From positions 600,001 through 632,000 of the forward strand of contig NC_010628.1 in NCBI RefSeq assembly GCF_000020025.1: DNA of 32,000 nucleotides. Reading direction: 5' to 3'. Position 1 is the first letter of the stretch. Each line of letters opens with the position of its first letter. The DNA is from Nostoc punctiforme PCC 73102 (GTDB taxonomy: Bacteria > Cyanobacteriota > Cyanobacteriia > Cyanobacteriales > Nostocaceae). Below are positions 1 through 9,279 of this stretch, piece by piece. The notes below the pieces were generated by a model that made no database searches, was not told the DNA's origin, and saw only the letters and a program-made list of their open reading frames with translations. Position numbers and translations under genes: made by a program.

Positions 1-619
1 CAGTTCTGACCGCAAATAACTGAAATATGGTTAACATACAACGGGCAGACATATTTTCACAATCAATAAATCCCAGAGCGTAAGCAATAGGGTTCCATAA
101 CCGCTTAATGCTGCCATTACTCCCACCATGACTGCGAAACCAATCGGCAAAGCTAATTTTATCTAAGTTGCGGATGGTTTTCATCGCCCCGTTAAAGTCT
201 ACCAATCCGCGAACTATTGGACTAGTACCCAAAGCGATCGCATTTTGCAATTTATCCTGCAACGATAGTTGAGAAGTCGTGAAAAATGCCTTTAAGCCAT
301 TGAAAGGTGCACCTGTAAAGAAGCGAAAATCCAAACCACCAGTGCGTCCCCCTTTATTAATAAAAGTGTGGGTATGTTCCTTGAGGCGTAAGTTCTCTAA
401 CACCCCCACTTTCTTCATCAAGTCAAATAGTTGGTAGTAGCACCCGAAAAAAACATGCAACCCCATTTCTAGATGGTTGCCATCTCCATCAACCCAACTG
501 CCGACTTTACCACCCACAAACGGACGAGACTCAAAAATCTCTATTTCACAACCAGCATCAGCTAGATCTACTGCGGTTGCTAGTCCAGCAAGTCCCGCAC
601 CTACGATTGCAACACGCAT
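1..619 (-). CDS. crtQ: zeta-carotene desaturase (ZDS/CrtQb type), N-terminal part; gene runs off the left window edge
   Basis: Reverse translation from the ATG at 619-617 gives [91 protein letters not shown]...[13 protein letters not shown], open to position 1. It has a GxGxxG FAD-binding N-terminus and the motif order typical of cyanobacterial/plant ZDS. It is absent from the ORF track only because it is truncated. Confidence 0.85.
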   Translation of the reverse strand, partial: MRVAIVGAGLAGLATAVDLADAGCEIEIFESRPFVGGKVGSWVDGDGNHLEMGLHVFFGCYYQLFDLMKKVGVLENLRLKEHTHTFINKGGRTGGLDFRFFTGAPFNGLKAFFTTSQLSLQDKLQNAIALGTSPIVRGLVDFNGAMKTIRNLDKISFADWFRSHGGSNGSIKRLWNPIAYALGFIDCENMSARCMLTIFQLFAVRT

Positions 620-766
620 TCCGTCGTTCCTTTTCAGTTTCTTTACAGATTGTAACTGGGTTGGTGTCGGAATTTGCTACTCAATATCAACTCTACCAGC
701 ATATTAAGGCAAGCAATGTAGATACTAAAACCTCTTTAATTACTTATTTTAGTCCCCGGAATTGAC

Positions 767-789
767 CAGACGCGAGCAAAACGCGTCTG
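767..789 (-). terminator. 8-bp GC-rich hairpin downstream of the small RHH gene
   Basis: CAGACGCG (767-774) and CGCGTCTG (782-789) form a perfect 8-bp stem with a 7-nt loop, located 3' of the minus-strand RHH ORF. There is no clear U-tract, so terminator function is uncertain. Confidence 0.3.
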
Positions 790-893
790 TATCAGCTAGA
801 CAAATTATTGTCCATTGCGGCACACCCAAAAAAGTATCAGAGCTATTTTGTTGGTGGCAAAGCAGTTATCTAGTAAGTAGTGAAAGTATGTTC

Positions 894-1070
894 TTACTTG
901 TTTATATCTTTGCCATCGTCGGAGACAGGCAAACTTCTAATCAGTTCGCGAATCACATCAGTTGCGGGTCTACCTGTTTGTTGGCAATATTTTTCTAGTT
1001 TTTCCGCTTCCTGCGTTGCGAGATTAACTGTTATGCGTTTAACGGCCCATTTTTTATTTGTCATTATCAT
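894..1070 (-). CDS. small ribbon-helix-helix (CopG/Arc-like) DNA-binding protein, 58 aa
   Basis: This ORF is below the track cut-off and was translated by hand: MIMTNKKWAVKRITVNLATQEAEKLEKYCQQTGRPATDVIRELIRSLPVSDDGKDINK*. The beta-strand (KRITVNL) followed by two helices is the classic RHH antitoxin/repressor layout. No partner toxin ORF lies downstream. Confidence 0.6.
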   Translation of the reverse strand: MIMTNKKWAVKRITVNLATQEAEKLEKYCQQTGRPATDVIRELIRSLPVSDDGKDINK

Positions 1071-2672
1071 GCTATCTGCTGTATATCTAGATTGTCGAAA
1101 GAGTCTAAATTAAAGAGGGAACCGATAAGATTATCAGAATTTGTCTCAGGAAACAAGTAATACCATTAATATTAAAAATTGTCGTTTTGTCAAAGGATTC
1201 ATAATTTTCTAAAGAAATCAAAAAACTACACTTTATTTGTTACTATTTTGACAGCAAAAACAGCACATAGTTCCTTCTGAGGAGAATAATCCTACTAACA
1301 GCATCAGTAAAGCCTGGCAATGAACTTCTATAAATGAATTTGAGATAGAGAATGTTGACTCAATCAAGATTTGCAAAATTATTCTCTATCGAAATAATTT
1401 GACCTTATATCTTAACCAAGTTTGCCAAACCCACTTGATGAGAACATCTGGTATAACAGATGAAAATAAAGCTTTAGAATCATTGTCAGGCTGAAATTGT
1501 GTTTTACAGGCGGCTTAAGGCGAGATATACAGCTCCAAAACAATCACTTAAAAGTAGGCAAATAAGCGATCACTCTATAGCAAACATCCATCTGTAACCA
1601 ATAAGCTAAGAGCGACTTAAACGGTTAAGGTTTTTGGCTTACTGCAATTAAACTGATTACTTTACCGTGCTAATGTTGTAGTCATCAACAAGGGTATAAG
1701 ATTCAGCTCATGGGTATAAAAAACCAAATATTTTGGTAAATCTTACAGAATTACCTGTAATTTCACCCAGAAAAATTAACCAAGAATAGACGTGCTGTTA
1801 CTTGACTGCCGCCGATAATAATATTTTAGTTTTGTTTCATGTTTTTACACTAAGTGCCCGGAAATATATGATGAAATCTTAGATATTTTTTCTCTTCCCC
1901 CTAGCGATATAATTTGTTTGAAAGCCAGTATTGTTTCAATTCCTCGTATTCACCTATTTGAGGTTACGAGAATTATTTTTAGCCAATTAATACGCTAAAA
2001 AACTTACTTTAAACTGCCTTTTCATGTCTAAGCTAAGAGAAAAACTGCTGCTAAAAAAATCTTGCATTTAAATCCCTATTGATTAGTAAATGTAAGCATA
2101 AAAGCAATTTTGTACTTCAATATTGTTATTGAGTGTATTCATTATAGCTATGATTTACGGGCTTTAAATAAACTTTATTTAGGCACTAAAAAAACTCATT
2201 TTCACACTTTATAAAAAAATTACAAAGAAAAAGAGATAAATATGAGCTTTTGCTTAATGATATTTATATAGAACAACCTCCTAAGCTCAAAAAGTTGTTA
2301 AAAAAAGATTCTGATATTGAAGTGCGTCAACTAAGTTTGATTAAACCCAACTTCGTAAATAGTTAACTAGTAATTTGTACCTATTTATACTGATAAACAT
2401 CCAGATGAAATTGCTGAAAAACTATGAAAATATAGATACTTCATGAAATTTAGGTAAAGTTAGCTGCCATCCTGGGATATTTACTAGTAAACCTTCGCAG
2501 AAATGCAGCTAACACCCAATTAACAAAGTTAGATAAACTTCCGCCTTGCCGTAATAGGTGCATCAATGCTAAGTATGCACTAAGCTATTTAGCACTCAGC
2601 AATGGCACCACCTTCTCAGCGTTTAATCTGGTTAATATGCGAATCAAATATATATCAACTTAATTTCTTATA

Positions 2673-2700
2673 GCCGTAATCCTTAATGTCAGATTACGGC
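2673..2700 (-). terminator. stem-loop just 3' of the 547-aa gene
   Basis: GCCGTAATC (2673-2681) and GATTACGGC (2692-2700) form a 9-bp perfect stem with a 10-nt loop, 12 nt after the stop at 2712. On the minus strand it is followed by an A/U-rich tract. Confidence 0.45.
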
Positions 2701-2711
2701 GATGAATGCAA

Positions 2712-4355
2712 CTATTCCAATTTGAGTTGGGGCATGAGTTGGAGAGTGCCAATACCTAAATCTTTCGGTGAAAGCGATCGCGTTTCAAACAAAGCCATCA
2801 TGTCTCGTAACTGAGGATTGCCACGGGAAGCTCCTGTTAATCCTTTAGCAATGATTAAGCCACAGTAGCCCTTAGTATTTTTACACCTCTGATTCCATTT
2901 TTTTCGGGCTTCTACATGAATAGGATCTTCATCTAAAAATTCACCAAATAGGAACAATTCACCATTTTGAGTTTGCAATAAACCCAGATCGTAGCGATCG
3001 CCATCGAAAGGATCGGCACCTGGATTAAAGCAAATTGCTCTCAGCCCGCCTGCTGCTTCAATTCTTTCAATTACAGTTTTAGCCTTGGGGCGAGAAGTTT
3101 GAATTAAAATCACCGGCAAACCGTCACCCACTTGTTTAATTTCACCAGCCTTATGGTAAGTTACCCCCTTACGGAGGTGATCCAACATTTCCCAGGACAC
3201 TACGCCTAAGCTGAGAAAGGAGTCTTCCGGTATCAAGTCATCTTGCAATGATTGGAAGTTTGCGGAGTTAAGGTTATCAATTTCCTCATCATCGTCACCA
3301 AAACCTGCCATTTCCTCTAATTCTGCTGCTAACTGCGGCATGGTAGAGACTGTCACAGCCACAGATTTAATTGATTCTTCCGACTGCGGCAGAGAGATGC
3401 GATAACGACGGCTGAGGGTAGGGAAGATATCCTCATGCAAATGGCGGCGGTGATCGCGAATAAAGCGGATTAGGCTTTCGATGGCAACGAAGATTACCAG
3501 CGCTTCTTCGTCATACAAAACAGACCGCAGTCCTTCTAAGGGGTGGATATTACCGAAAGTGGGGTCAATTTCTGATAATGGCAGATCCGCCAAATCACTT
3601 TCTTCGTCATCATCTTCATCTTCGTCTTCATCAGCACTCTCAAAGGTCAGAAATAGGCAATCTTGCTTGAGAAACGCTTCTTCTAGATGCTCCGTTGATT
3701 CTTCATCTTGTAAAACTGCGGTGCGAAACTGTTTTAAAGAGTCTTCTGAGCGATAAAACAAAATCCCATACTCCATTCCCAGCATTCCCATGACTGAGGC
3801 GTAGAGTGTGCCAACATCCCACTTATTAATCTCGATTGACAAAATTTGCTGTTCTTCCAAAAATTCCCAAGGTGCTGCTTGCCAAATTGCAAATGCTTTC
3901 TCTCGCAAGATTTGTGCATACTGTGGGGGTAAGTCAGGGGTTTGACTATCGAGGATGTCAGCGAACCCGCGAAATAGTTCGTCAATTAAAGGCAGTTCTG
4001 GTGCGTAGTCAATGGCGATATCCAAATCTTGCAGCACTCCCCGCAGGTAAAATTGGATCTCGCGGTCTTTGACTACAATTCTTTGGGGCCTAGCAGGTCT
4101 TGCCGGACTGTGGGGATGCTCCATTGCTCGCATTAAAGTACGAACTATTGCTTCTGGACCAACATCTGAAGCTACCACGTCCATTCCTCTGACAACACCT
4201 TGAGAGTAATCTACCCAAAGAATGCATTCTCCCTTTTCCTCAGAGTTTGAGTGCTGGTTTGGTGATGACAACGGACGGCGATCGCCCTCCCATACAGAAG
4301 GAATTTGAGTTAATTTCTTCAAGCGACGACTGGTAGAGCGATTAAAACTTGTCAT
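2712..4355 (-). CDS. conserved hypothetical protein (547 aa) with an internal poly-acidic linker
   Basis: It is a long uninterrupted ORF with normal cyanobacterial codon composition and several HIP1 sites. It contains an acidic tract (ESADEDEDEDDDEESDLADL). I recognise no domain. Confidence 0.75.
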   Translation of the reverse strand: MTSFNRSTSRRLKKLTQIPSVWEGDRRPLSSPNQHSNSEEKGECILWVDYSQGVVRGMDVVASDVGPEAIVRTLMRAMEHPHSPARPARPQRIVVKDREIQFYLRGVLQDLDIAIDYAPELPLIDELFRGFADILDSQTPDLPPQYAQILREKAFAIWQAAPWEFLEEQQILSIEINKWDVGTLYASVMGMLGMEYGILFYRSEDSLKQFRTAVLQDEESTEHLEEAFLKQDCLFLTFESADEDEDEDDDEESDLADLPLSEIDPTFGNIHPLEGLRSVLYDEEALVIFVAIESLIRFIRDHRRHLHEDIFPTLSRRYRISLPQSEESIKSVAVTVSTMPQLAAELEEMAGFGDDDEEIDNLNSANFQSLQDDLIPEDSFLSLGVVSWEMLDHLRKGVTYHKAGEIKQVGDGLPVILIQTSRPKAKTVIERIEAAGGLRAICFNPGADPFDGDRYDLGLLQTQNGELFLFGEFLDEDPIHVEARKKWNQRCKNTKGYCGLIIAKGLTGASRGNPQLRDMMALFETRSLSPKDLGIGTLQLMPQLKLE

Positions 4356-4680
4356 AAAGTAAGTTAATCAAAAGAAGCAATTTGGAAGTAAACTTTGGGG
4401 GATAGCTAGCCTCGGATTAGGTTTTTATGGCTGCACCTGAAAGATAGTTGCTTCTGGGACAAGCCATGCTTGAACTCCAAAAATACCGAATCTCTAAACA
4501 CACTGAGTCTCTCAATTCTAGAATAAAAACCTTTGGCTGCTTTTAACGGAGTGTTTACAATTTGGCATCTAACAACATCTAAGCCGCTAGAATGAATACA
4601 AAAACACCTTAGGAAACCCAGAGGCATTAACAAGCCGATATCGGGTAAAGCTTAGACTAATTAAGGAGTGAAAAAAGCAG

Positions 4681-5037
4681 ATGACACAAGCAATTCAGTC
4701 TCAACAACGCGGAATTCTGTTGAGCGAAGCCGCATTGCACCAGGTAAAATCCCTCCGAGACAAGCAAGGCACAGACTTCTGCTTACGGGTAGGAGTCCGT
4801 CAGGGTGGCTGTTCTGGGATGTCTTACATGATGGACTTTGAAGACACTAGCAAGATCACCCCGCAGGATGAAGTTTTTGACTATGATGGCTTCAAAATTG
4901 TCAGCGATCGCAAGAGTCTCTTATATCTCTACGGTTTAATGCTCGATTACAGCGATGCCATGATTGGTGGTGGCTTTCAATTTACTAACCCTAATGCCAA
5001 CCAAACTTGCGGTTGTGGCAAGTCATTTGGGGTTTAG
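4681..5037 (+). CDS. iscA: A-type iron-sulfur cluster carrier (HesB/IscA/SufA family)
   Basis: The 118-aa product has the family signature: ...[19 protein letters not shown]... and a C-terminal [16 protein letters not shown], i.e. the three conserved Cys ligands C-x(n)-C-G-C. Confidence 0.9.
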   Translation: MTQAIQSQQRGILLSEAALHQVKSLRDKQGTDFCLRVGVRQGGCSGMSYMMDFEDTSKITPQDEVFDYDGFKIVSDRKSLLYLYGLMLDYSDAMIGGGFQFTNPNANQTCGCGKSFGV

Positions 5038-5090
5038 CCAAGAGGAGCCGATCGCGTGCGAGGTTTTCCACCATTGATTGAACTCGCCCT

Positions 5091-5130
5091 CAATAGTCAA
5101 GAGTCAAGGTTTTCTAACTCTTGACTATTG
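5091..5130 (+). terminator. 14-bp perfect hairpin between iscA and the TPR gene
   Basis: CAATAGTCAAGAGT (5091-5104) pairs with ACTCTTGACTATTG (5117-5130) across a 12-nt loop. It is followed by degenerate ATGACTATT direct repeats up to the next start codon. Confidence 0.45.
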
Positions 5131-5169
5131 CCCTATGACTATTGAATCATGGCTAATGACTATTAACTA

Positions 5170-5613
5170 ATGATTATTGACAAACTTACTATGACTCAAA
5201 CAGTTGAATCCCTGTTTGATACAGGTTTAGAACGCTATAAAGCAGGAGAGGCAGTAGATTCTTTAATCCCTGTATTTAAAGAAGTGTGCGATCGCGCTCC
5301 TAAAACAAGTGCTGCTTGGATCTGTTTGGCGTGGTTGTATCTACTCGATAACAAGCCCAACTTGGCTTACAAAGCTGCACAGAAGGCAGTCAAGCTAAAT
5401 CCACAAGATCCACAGGCTAGAGTCAATATCGCTTTAGCAATGCTAGAAACAGGTCAAAAAGGTTTACGAGAACATATTGACATTGCACAGCAGCTAATTT
5501 TTGTCAATGAAGAGTGGCAAGATGAAATAAAAAACAGTATTGAAGATGGTTTGACTAGAAAACCAGATTGGCAGAGTTTGAAAAAAGTCAAAAATTGGCT
5601 GTTTGAAGAGTAG
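5170..5613 (+). CDS. TPR-repeat protein (147 aa)
   Basis: The translation has a TPR-like A/L/Y periodicity (AAWICLAWLYLLDNKPNLAYKAAQKAVKLNPQDPQARVNIALAML). The start could instead be the internal Met at MTQTVESL. Confidence 0.65.
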   Translation: MIIDKLTMTQTVESLFDTGLERYKAGEAVDSLIPVFKEVCDRAPKTSAAWICLAWLYLLDNKPNLAYKAAQKAVKLNPQDPQARVNIALAMLETGQKGLREHIDIAQQLIFVNEEWQDEIKNSIEDGLTRKPDWQSLKKVKNWLFEE

Positions 5614-5658
5614 AGGATGGGCAGTGGGGACTAGGAGATGAGGGAGATGAATCAATAA

Positions 5659-5728
5659 CCCAATGCCCAATGCCCCATGCCCAATGCCCAATGCCCCATC
5701 CCCCATGCCCCATCCCCCATCCCCCATC
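5659..5728. repeat. array of ten tandem heptamers (STRR-like)
   Basis: Read directly: CCCAATG x2, CCCCATG, CCCAATG x2, CCCCATC, CCCCATG, CCCCATC x3. The array ends exactly at the ATG at 5729. Partially complementary G-rich copies (GGATGGG CAGTGGG GACTAGG AGATGAG GGAGATG) lie at 5615-5649. Confidence 0.9.
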
Positions 5729-5977
5729 ATGAAAGATAAATTGTTAAATTGGCTAAACACAGTTTTAGTTGCAGATGTTTTTTTGGTTTTGTTTGGCTTT
5801 GTCTGGTTAGCGATCGCAGCGATCGGTGATTCTGTGGGAGTAAATTTGGGTTTAGATTTGTGGCATCAACTTTGGCAACCCGTATTTAACCCAGCGATCG
5901 GCATCCTCATGGGCGGTGCAATTCTCAGTGGTATTATCAGTTGGGTTTCCAAAAAATTTCTCTCTAGTCAAGAATAA
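5729..5977 (+). CDS. small membrane protein (82 aa)
   Basis: MKDKLLNWLNTVLVADVFLVLFGFVWLAIAAIG...GILMGGAILSGIISWV contains two hydrophobic helices. The track ORF starts at 5663, but its first 22 codons are just the heptamer array, so I prefer the ATG at 5729. Confidence 0.55.
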   Translation: MKDKLLNWLNTVLVADVFLVLFGFVWLAIAAIGDSVGVNLGLDLWHQLWQPVFNPAIGILMGGAILSGIISWVSKKFLSSQE

Positions 5978-6087
5978 AGCAATTGGGGATTGAAAAGAGG
6001 CAGAGGGGTAGGATGCTGCTCTTACTGAGGGGAAAACTATTCTCCCTTGCTCCCCGATCCCTTGCCTCTTCCCCATTCCCTTTGACT

Positions 6088-7008
6088 CTACGCAAGAATT
6101 TGTCTTAGTGCTGACTGTAAATTAGGATATTTGTACTCAAATCCTGTTTCCACGGTGCGCTTAGGAAGGACTTGCTGACCTTCTAAAACTACTATAGCCC
6201 CGTCTCCTAAAAGAGCTTCGATCGCAAAAGCCGGAACGGGCAACCAAGAAGGGCGATTCATCACTTGTCCCAAAGTTTGGCTTAAATCTGCCATTCGAAC
6301 TGGGTTAGGGGCAGTAGCATTGTATACGCCTTCTATTTCCGATTTAGTTAAAGCTTGCATAATCAAGTTAACTAAATCGTCTACGTGAATCCATGAGAAC
6401 CATTGCCGACCACTGCCAATGGGACCGCCAGCGAAGAGTTTGAAAGGCGGAATCATTTTACCTAAAGCCCCACCATTGCCCAGAACAATCCCAAAACGCA
6501 GAATTACCAGTCGTACACCAGCATCTTTTACTTTTGTCGCCTCTGCTTCCCAGGCTTGGCAGACCTGGGCGAGAAAATCGTTACCAGATTGGCTTGTTTC
6601 ATCAAAGTTTGCCGTTTCACTGGTGCCATAGTAGCCAATAGCCGAAGCATTAATTAACACAGTTGGCTTGGGGTTAGCGTTGGCTATTGCTTCAACTATT
6701 TTTTGTGTGCCTAACTTTCGGCTATTGAGGATTTCTTGTTTGCGTTCTGGTGTCCAGCGCCCTTCACCAATAGGTTCTCCTGCCAGATTAACTACGCCAT
6801 CACAACTAGCTATGACACTTTGCCAAGAACCAGATGTATTTGGTGTATAGGCAACAATTTCTACATTGGGGAAAGCCTCAGATGGAAAAACCTTTTGAGC
6901 AAAAGCGGTGTTCCGAGTTAATACTACTATTTTATGACCTTTTCCGTGGAGTCGTTGTACCAAAATACTACCGACAAATCCTGTTGCTCCAGTAATTGCT
7001 ACTTTCAT
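6088..7008 (-). CDS. TIGR01777/YfcH-type NAD-dependent epimerase-family protein (SDR39U1-like, with DUF1731 C-terminus)
   Basis: The N-terminus MKVAITGATGFVGSILVQRL is a Rossmann GxxGxxG motif. It also has ...GEPIGEGRWTPERKQEILNSR... and ...SGRQWFSWIHVDDLV..., which are typical of this family. Product is 306 aa. Confidence 0.85.
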   Translation of the reverse strand: MKVAITGATGFVGSILVQRLHGKGHKIVVLTRNTAFAQKVFPSEAFPNVEIVAYTPNTSGSWQSVIASCDGVVNLAGEPIGEGRWTPERKQEILNSRKLGTQKIVEAIANANPKPTVLINASAIGYYGTSETANFDETSQSGNDFLAQVCQAWEAEATKVKDAGVRLVILRFGIVLGNGGALGKMIPPFKLFAGGPIGSGRQWFSWIHVDDLVNLIMQALTKSEIEGVYNATAPNPVRMADLSQTLGQVMNRPSWLPVPAFAIEALLGDGAIVVLEGQQVLPKRTVETGFEYKYPNLQSALRQILA

Positions 7009-7308
7009 TCATTTTCTACCTCAGCCAAACTCTTATTGTAAAGTTTTTGATCGACCTTTCAGCCGACAGCACTTTCTTTATGGATAGAACAGATGCAACT
7101 GTATCAGATGCAAATAATAGCCAAAACCCTGATTCTAAAGTAGCGGCAATTCATTAATTACCCTTACAGCGTGTAGTTTTGCGTAAGTCAGATGTATATC
7201 TGGTGATGCCTAATCTCAAAACTCAAAAACTTTGCTTTTTGAATGACTTTCCGTTTAGATGCTTCGGTATTATAGGATGGACGGAGTGTTGCAAGGCGTG
7301 GGGCTATT

Positions 7309-7656
7309 ATGGCTCGCTATACCTGTTCGTTTATTGTTTCTGTTGCTAGTGACCATCTGTTGCCGTTACTTGTAGAACTTCTACAGGACTGTCAGTTGGA
7401 TATTCAATACCACACGGGCGATTACATTATCGCTCGTCAGACTCCTGGTAATGTTCCTTTTCCTAAATTGATCACAGTAGAAGTACTGGTTGATAAATCA
7501 AAATCTACTGAAACAGAAACCCGGATGAGTATTGTGATTAAAAATGAAGAACTACCTCTCCAACTAGATAATTACTGCCGACAAATGTTTGAATTTATCA
7601 AGCAGGCTATTGAAAGTAGCCGCCATTGGCATTTGATTGAAAGTATTGCAGGATAG
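7309..7656 (+). CDS. hypothetical protein (115 aa)
   Basis: Clean ORF with no recognisable domain. Its end is followed by a hairpin. Confidence 0.55.
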   Translation: MARYTCSFIVSVASDHLLPLLVELLQDCQLDIQYHTGDYIIARQTPGNVPFPKLITVEVLVDKSKSTETETRMSIVIKNEELPLQLDNYCRQMFEFIKQAIESSRHWHLIESIAG

Positions 7657-7680
7657 CTTTGGTAATTGAATTGACAATCC

Positions 7681-7697
7681 CACGGCTTAAAGCCGTG
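7681..7697. terminator. hairpin between convergent genes
   Basis: CACGGC (7681-7686) and GCCGTG (7692-7697) pair across the loop TTAAA. They are nested in an outer imperfect TTGACA...TGTCAA pairing (7671-7707). The hairpin lies between the 7309-7656 (+) gene and the FHA 3' fragment (-). Confidence 0.4.
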
Positions 7698-7728
7698 AGA
7701 GTGTCAAATTGTGGTTGGTAGTTATAAT

Positions 7729-7827
7729 TCAATCTCCCAGATCCTCTAAATCCTCGGCCATACCGGGGTTTATTAGTGTAATGTCGTACTCGCTCGAATC
7801 CGTTTGTCCCAAACGCTGAGTATTTTT
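7729..7827 (-). pseudogene. 3' fragment of an FHA-domain gene separated from its 5' part by the IS
   Basis: The minus-strand frame reads KNTQRLGQTDSSEYDITLINPGMAEDLEDLGD*. It joins in frame to 9286-9684 once the IS and one TSD copy are removed. Confidence 0.75.
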
Positions 7828-9279
7828 CAATACCTTAGCCAAAATCAGAGGGTGAAGAGAGAGGGCTGATGTAGTAGAGTTATTGTCTTCCCAAACGACA
7901 ACTCAAAAGCCACAATCAACCCATGCCCGATATCTTATCACTCCTGCAATGCCTGCTACCGCAGATAAACGCGACAACGATGCGGCAATTGAACCAAATT
8001 ATCCTGGCAATGTTAGCTCTAAGTGGTCGAGTCACGATGTTGGGAATTGCCCGTTGGGCAGGTGATGGCGGTAGCTATCGGACAATGGGGAGATTTTTTT
8101 CTACAGTAATACCTTGGGCAACATTGTTTTGGCTGTTTTTTCGTCAACATTTGTGGCGAAAAAATGATGTGTATTTGCTTGCAGGAGATGAAGTTGTAGT
8201 TAGTAAATCGGGGAAGCAAACTTACGGAGTAGATAGATTTTTTTCTAGCCTGGCTAGTAAACCAATTAATGGTTTATCTTTCTTCGTATTGTCATTAGTA
8301 AGCGTAGAAGGAAGGCAATCATTTCCGATTGGAATAGAACAGGTAATTAAAAGTGATGCCCAAATAAATAACACCTTGCCAATCAAAAAAGTAAAAGCTA
8401 AAGAGAAACGTGGACGGGGACGACCGAAAGGCAGTAAGAATAAAAACAAAACCGAAGTGATATTAACATCTGAACTCTTGTTAATTAAAAAGATGATTAA
8501 CTCACTATTTGAGCTAGTAGCTAACTTTATCCCCTTGACATACTTGGTAGTAGATGGTCATTTTGGTAACAACAATGCCTTGCAGATGGTACGACAAGTT
8601 AACTTGCACATAATTTCCAAGCTGCGCCATGATTCAGCATTATACATCCCTTATGAAAATCCTGACTCGAATAAACGTTCTCGTCGTAAATACGGGGAAA
8701 AACTAGACTACCGTAATCTACCTGAGAAATATTTGTGTAAAAGTGATATTGAAGATGGAATTCAAACTGATATTTATCAAGCTACTCTTCTTCACAAAGA
8801 ATTTGCTCAGTCTCTCAATGTAGTTATTTTAGTCAAAACTAATCTTAAAGCCAATATACGTAGCCATGTAATTTTATTTTCCAGCGACTTAGATTTGACG
8901 GCTGACAGAATTATTGACTATTACAAGCTTCGTTTCCAAATCGAGTTTAATTTTCGGGATGCCAAGCAATTCTGGGGCTTGGAAGATTTTATGAATCTGA
9001 GCCAAACTGCTGTGACTAATGCTGCTAATATTGCATTCTTTATGGTCAATTTATCCCATCATCTTCTAGCTGATTTCCGTAAACATAATCCTGGTTCTGG
9101 CATTATTGACCTGAAAGCTTATTACCGTGGTTTTCGATATGTTCATGAAATGTTAAAAATACTTCCTCAAAAGCCTGAGCCTATTTTACTAGCCCAAATT
9201 TTTGCCAAGCTCACTTCTTTGGGACGTATTCATCCCCTTTCCACAGGTGTTGAACCCTCGTAAATTGGCAACGGTATTG
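7828..9279 (+). mobile_element. IS element, 1452 bp, IS4 superfamily, with imperfect terminal inverted repeats and a 6-bp target duplication
   Basis: The left end is CAATACCTTAGCCAAAATCAGAGGGT. The reverse complement of the right end is CAATACCGTTGCCAATTTACGAGGGT, which matches at 20/26 positions. Direct repeats of ATTTTT sit at 7822-7827 and 9280-9285. A single transposase ORF fills the element. Confidence 0.8.
7923..9263 (+). CDS. DDE transposase (446 aa), IS4-superfamily
   Basis: Candidate catalytic residues lie in LLAGDEVVV, YLVVDGHFG and the motif YKLRFQIEFNFRDAK. That motif equals Y-x2-R-x3-E-x6-K, the YREK signature of IS4-type transposases. A basic KKVKAKEKRGRGRPKGSKNK linker is present. 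The exact IS family was not determined. Confidence 0.88.
   Translation: MPDILSLLQCLLPQINATTMRQLNQIILAMLALSGRVTMLGIARWAGDGGSYRTMGRFFSTVIPWATLFWLFFRQHLWRKNDVYLLAGDEVVVSKSGKQTYGVDRFFSSLASKPINGLSFFVLSLVSVEGRQSFPIGIEQVIKSDAQINNTLPIKKVKAKEKRGRGRPKGSKNKNKTEVILTSELLLIKKMINSLFELVANFIPLTYLVVDGHFGNNNALQMVRQVNLHIISKLRHDSALYIPYENPDSNKRSRRKYGEKLDYRNLPEKYLCKSDIEDGIQTDIYQATLLHKEFAQSLNVVILVKTNLKANIRSHVILFSSDLDLTADRIIDYYKLRFQIEFNFRDAKQFWGLEDFMNLSQTAVTNAANIAFFMVNLSHHLLADFRKHNPGSGIIDLKAYYRGFRYVHEMLKILPQKPEPILLAQIFAKLTSLGRIHPLSTGVEPS

Noticed and set aside
477-1113. Four plus-strand track ORFs (477-707, 577-765, 762-998, 880-1113).
   Set aside because: They lie antisense to crtQ and to the RHH gene or in their spacer. 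Their products are low-complexity or odd in composition (P/S/T-rich, Cys-rich). The opposite strand gives clearly homologous proteins.
1114-2672. A search for a patS/patX-like morphogen mini-ORF (RGSGR/RGTGR), tRNA-like arms or CRISPR periodicity in the ORF-free tract.
   Set aside because: No RGSGR/RGTGR-encoding stretch was found on either strand. There are no direct repeats with regular spacing and no T-loop consensus.
9211-9279. The C-terminal 22 residues of the 157-aa FHA ORF overlapping the transposase 3' end.
   Set aside because: This tail is read from the IS right end. The authentic C-terminus lies at 7729-7827.
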